Shown piece after piece: positions 7,691-11,257 of a DNA stretch of 11,257 bases (position 1 is its first letter; each line of letters opens with the position of its first letter). Under the pieces are notes generated by a model. That model was not told the DNA's origin. It saw only the letters and a list, made by a program, of their open reading frames with translations, and searched no databases. This stretch comes from Promethearchaeota archaeon Loki_b31 (GTDB taxonomy: Archaea; Asgardarchaeota; Lokiarchaeia; Sigyniarchaeales; SOKP01): the NCBI GenBank assembly GCA_005222975.1, contig NJBI01000084.1, forward strand, positions 1 to 11,257. Reading direction: 5' to 3'. Position numbers and translations under genes: made by a program.

Positions 7691-8026
7691 AGTTTTTTTA
7701 ATTGTTAAATGATGAAATTTAATAATCTAATCTTTTTTTCTATGATCTTTTTTAATTTTAATTATCTAAATGTGTTGTAGAAGATTTAAATTTTTCAAAA
7801 TATTGATTAAATCACAAATAGGAACGATTATACTAAGTTGGGAGACTTCTTCAGAGCTTAATCTTACTATCATCAACCTTCTAATATAATTCTTCTTTAT
7901 ATTATCGATTCTGAACTTTTAACTTCTTCTTATTAATAATCATTAATTTAAAAATATCTAAGTGATTCTAAATCCTATAAGAAGAGATTATAAACTTATA
8001 ATATTAAAAAATTTGATGACTTAAAA

Positions 8027-8911
8027 TTGCCATTCGAAATTTTAGAGAAAAGAGAACTTGGGACTAGTGGTATAGTGTTTGAAATGATAATATCTACTCC
8101 TTTAATCGCTCGAAAAGCGTATGCGGGAAATTTTATATTACTAAGAATCAATGAAACTGGAGAACGGTTTCCATTAACCATTGCAGATTACGATCGAGAG
8201 AAAGAAACGATAACTATAGTATTTCAAGTTGTTGGAAAAAGCACGAAATTACTCTCACATTTAGAAGTAGGGGATATGATACTTGATGTAGTGGGGCCTT
8301 TAGGAAATGAAATTCATATAAAAAAGTACCAATATCCCGTAGTGATAATTGGAGGTGGTGTGGGTATTGCACCATGCTACCCTCAAGCAAAAGAATTAAA
8401 GGAAGCAGGAAATAAAGTTATTTCGATATTAGGTGCTAGAAATACCGAATTATTGTTTTGGAAAGACAAAATGAGCTCAGTAAGCGATGAATTAATTATT
8501 TGTACAGATGACGGAAGCGAGGGGATTAAAGGAGTTGTCACTGTACCACTTACAGAAATAATGAAAAGAGAAAAAATAAGCATTGTTATCGCAATTGGAC
8601 CTTTAATAATGATGAAATTTGTTGCTCTTACAACTAAAGGGTCTGGCGATTTACCTAAAGTAAAAACATTTGTCTCCCTAAACACAATTATGATTGACGG
8701 AACTGGAATGTGTGGCGGTTGCCGCTTTTCAACGCTTAACGGAGGAGTTCAATTTGCGTGTGTTGATGGTCCCGATGTCGACGGTCATATCGTAGATTTT
8801 GATAATCTATTGAAACGCGCTAATAGATTTATTGATCAAGAGAAGGAGTCCTTAGAATGTTACAACGAAGAATGTAGAGCTTTAAAAAAACTTAGGAGTG
8901 AAGTGTCTTAA
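8027..8911 (+). CDS. nfnA: NfnA/SudB (FNR/PyrK-like FAD, NAD and [2Fe-2S] small subunit of NADH-dependent reduced ferredoxin:NADP+ oxidoreductase)
   Basis: Motifs GERFPLTIAD, VVGKST, DVVGPLG, GGGVGIAP, TDDGSEG, IGPLIMM and the Asp/Cys [2Fe-2S] motif MIDGTGMCGGCR...ACVDGP. TTG start, directly upstream of an NfnB-containing gene. Confidence 0.92.
   Translation: MPFEILEKRELGTSGIVFEMIISTPLIARKAYAGNFILLRINETGERFPLTIADYDREKETITIVFQVVGKSTKLLSHLEVGDMILDVVGPLGNEIHIKKYQYPVVIIGGGVGIAPCYPQAKELKEAGNKVISILGARNTELLFWKDKMSSVSDELIICTDDGSEGIKGVVTVPLTEIMKREKISIVIAIGPLIMMKFVALTTKGSGDLPKVKTFVSLNTIMIDGTGMCGGCRFSTLNGGVQFACVDGPDVDGHIVDFDNLLKRANRFIDQEKESLECYNEECRALKKLRSEVS
8894..8901 (+). promoter_or_regulatory. Shine-Dalgarno-like site AGGAGTGA for the gene starting at 8913
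   Basis: Lies 11 nt upstream of ATG 8913, inside the 3' end of nfnA. Confidence 0.55.
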
Positions 8912-8912
8912 A

Positions 8913-11257
8913 ATGGAAAAGCAAAGATCTTTAGTTAAAATATTACTTAAAAATAAAGAACAGATTCTGGAGTCAGGAAAATATAACGAGGCAGAATTTG
9001 GAGATTTAATTAGCGAGTTAACCGATGTAGAGCGTTCTAGACAAGAAATTCTAGAAAAAATAGAAGAACATGGCTCTATTGATATTCCTAAATTGAAAAA
9101 AGAACTACAATTATCAGAAAAAAATCTGTTATGTAATATTGAGTATCTAAAAGAGTTAGGCTTTTTAGGATTTATTGGGGAGAAACCAAGGTTTTTTCAA
9201 GATGTAGTAGAAATTTCTAAACAAAACGGTATTTTTCCTAATGTAACAATAATTAAAGACAAAAATCTGTGCAATGGTTGCGGTTTATGTGCTTCCATTT
9301 GTCCAGTTGGAGCAATAAACTATTCGGAGGGGACATTTGATTTTGACGAAGAAATGTGCATTGATTGCGGGTTATGCTATACTTGCTGTCCACGAACATT
9401 CTTTCCGAAGGTTTTAGAGGCCCCTGAAGAAAACAATGCTCCTGATATTAAATTTTTAGAGCAATTCAATTATTATCAGGAAATTTGTACTGCTCAAACA
9501 ACTGATGAAAGAATAATAGCAGTTGCTCAAGATGGAGGAATTGTGACTACGCTGCTGAAAATGGCGTTTCAACAAAAATTAATCGACGGTGCTTTAGCTG
9601 TAAAAGAAGGAGAAGAACCTCTAAAACCGTTACCACATTTAATTGAAGATGAAGATGAACTCCTACATACAGCAGGGACAAAATACACAAATGCTCCTAT
9701 TTTAAAAATATTTCAAGGCTGTAGGGGTCACGATAAATTTGCAGTAGTGGGTACCCCTTGTATCATGAAAGCGCTTAAAAAAATTTCATTTTTTCCGTTT
9801 AATAGACCATTTTGTGATAAGATTGCTTTAAAGATCGGATTGCTTTGCATGGAATCGTTTGATTACAAAAAAATTGGTGAACTTTTAAAAAATGAGTTTA
9901 AATCTACTCCTGCTGATGTTAAGAAAATGGATATTAATAAAGGGCGTTTTATAATCTACGATCATAACGGTTCTGCTTTTGATGTTCCAATAAAAAAAAT
10001 TAAAAAGTATGGTCGGTTCGGTTGCTTTTTTTGCGACGATTTGACATCGATACATGCTGATATTTCCGTAGGATCTATTGGTTCTGATCCTGGCTGGTCA
10101 ACGGTATTTATACGGACTAAACGAGGTGCTGAATTCTTTCAAAAAGCTTTGGATCTTAATATGATCGTTAAGAAGGAGATTAAAGAAGATAGTAAAAGTT
10201 TTGAATCTCTAAGTAGAATAGCAAAATCTAAATTAAAGAAGTTTGAAGAATATCATCGCCCAAAGATGATTGAACAAGACCCCAATATTAGGAAAAATAA
10301 CTTTGAAGAGGTTCCTAAGGGATTGACTATTGATATGGTCAAGTTAGAAACACATAGATGCTTACAGTGTGGAGACCCGCTCTGTGTTACTGGATGCCCC
10401 GTTAACATAAGAATTCCTCAATTTATAAAATTATTGAAGCAAGAAAAATATATTGGGGCTCTATACGAAATAAAATCATATAATTTATTGCCCGCTATTT
10501 GTGGAAGAGTTTGTCCGCAAGAATCTCAATGTGAAAAATATTGTTTATTAAGTGGTCTTGGGGAACCAATTGCAATAGGATATATGGAAAGATTCATCGC
10601 AGACTGGGAAAGAGAAAATAATCTTAAAGAGTGTCCCGAATGCGCAGCTCCTAAAGGTATTAAAGTTGCAGTTATAGGTTCTGGACCGGCGGGTTTAGCT
10701 TGTGCTGGAGAACTTGCGATGAATGGCTACGATGTCACTATATTTGAAGCGTTTCATGCTGGTGGAGGTGTATTAACTTACGGAATTCCAGAGTTTAGGT
10801 TGCCAAAAGATATAGTCAAAAGCGAAATTGAGACTTTAAAGATGTTAGATGTTAAAGTTGAATATAACGTAATTATTGGTAAAACTTTAACGATCGATGA
10901 TTTGAAAGAACTGGGATTTAAAGCCTTTTTTATTGGAGTTGGAGCAGGACTTCCAATATTTATAAAAATACCGGGAATAAACTTAAACGGCGTCTTAACT
11001 GCTAACGAATTCCTCACTCGATCGAATTTAATGAAAGGTTTTAAGTTCCCTGATTACGATACTCCTATTAAAATTGGAAAAATAGTAACTGTTATAGGAG
11101 GGGGAAATGTCACTTTAGATTCCGCTAGAACCGCTTTACGATTAGGTGCTGAAAAGGTTATTATTGTTTATCGTAGGTCCGAAGTAGAGATGCCTGCGAG
11201 AAGAGAAGAATATCATCACGCTTTAGAAGAAGGCGTTGTTTTTCAATTCTTAACAAA
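8913..11257 (+). CDS. nfnB: Fusion protein, 3'-partial (at least 781 aa): helical/wHTH domain + 2x[4Fe-4S] ferredoxin + FrhB (FpoF/FqoF-like F420-binding) + NfnB/SudA large subunit
   Basis: One open frame from ATG 8913 to the edge. Ferredoxin: CNGCGLCASICP (9270) and CIDCGLCYTCCP (9357). FrhB: AQDGGIVT, AGTKY, VVGTPC, IGLLCMESF and GCFFCDD..ADISVGSIG..GWSTV. NfnB from ~10257: RKNNFEEV, RCLQCGDPLCVTGCP, ICGRVCPQESQCE, GSGPAG, YGIPEFRLP, GGGNV and YRR. Confidence 0.92.
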   Translation, partial: MEKQRSLVKILLKNKEQILESGKYNEAEFGDLISELTDVERSRQEILEKIEEHGSIDIPKLKKELQLSEKNLLCNIEYLKELGFLGFIGEKPRFFQDVVEISKQNGIFPNVTIIKDKNLCNGCGLCASICPVGAINYSEGTFDFDEEMCIDCGLCYTCCPRTFFPKVLEAPEENNAPDIKFLEQFNYYQEICTAQTTDERIIAVAQDGGIVTTLLKMAFQQKLIDGALAVKEGEEPLKPLPHLIEDEDELLHTAGTKYTNAPILKIFQGCRGHDKFAVVGTPCIMKALKKISFFPFNRPFCDKIALKIGLLCMESFDYKKIGELLKNEFKSTPADVKKMDINKGRFIIYDHNGSAFDVPIKKIKKYGRFGCFFCDDLTSIHADISVGSIGSDPGWSTVFIRTKRGAEFFQKALDLNMIVKKEIKEDSKSFESLSRIAKSKLKKFEEYHRPKMIEQDPNIRKNNFEEVPKGLTIDMVKLETHRCLQCGDPLCVTGCPVNIRIPQFIKLLKQEKYIGALYEIKSYNLLPAICGRVCPQESQCEKYCLLSGLGEPIAIGYMERFIADWERENNLKECPECAAPKGIKVAVIGSGPAGLACAGELAMNGYDVTIFEAFHAGGGVLTYGIPEFRLPKDIVKSEIETLKMLDVKVEYNVIIGKTLTIDDLKELGFKAFFIGVGAGLPIFIKIPGINLNGVLTANEFLTRSNLMKGFKFPDYDTPIKIGKIVTVIGGGNVTLDSARTALRLGAEKVIIVYRRSEVEMPARREEYHHALEEGVVFQFLT

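Noticed and set aside
7996-11017. Minus-strand ORFs 7996-8181, 8383-8685 and 10778-11017
   Set aside because: Antisense shadows of nfnA and the nfnB fusion.
8027-11257. Annotation as glutamate synthase small subunit, dihydroorotate dehydrogenase PyrK, or F420-reducing hydrogenase
   Set aside because: There is no gltB, pyrD or frhA/frhG in the window. The adjacent pair and the DGTGMCGGCR motif fit NfnAB.

Overview
AT-rich window from an anaerobic prokaryote. Archaeal origin, possibly Asgard/Lokiarchaeia-like, is an inference from F420-, H4MPT- and CCG-type proteins, TATA-like boxes and an oligo-T terminator. Left part (minus strand): a membrane protein running off the edge whose 5' end is tandemly duplicated (149 bp), and a frameshifted PaaK/F390-synthetase-related adenylate-forming gene. 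The rest is a redox locus of unusual fusions. (1) An HdrC+HdrD/B-like (CCG) protein with a whole circularly permuted GltD/NfnB-like NADPH flavo-Fe-S module inserted inside its first CCG domain. (2) An MtdA/MtdB-family NAD(P)-dependent methylene-H4MPT dehydrogenase with an extra ~215-aa N-terminal domain, whose stand-alone paralog is the gene just upstream. (3) Divergently, nfnA followed by an ORF missing from the supplied track (8913 to the right edge) that fuses a helical/wHTH domain, a 2x[4Fe-4S]+FrhB (FpoF/FqoF-like, F420-binding) module and NfnB. Together these suggest an F420-linked electron-bifurcating Nfn within an NADPH/F420/disulfide/C1 redox hub. Function and novelty are inferred, not verified.
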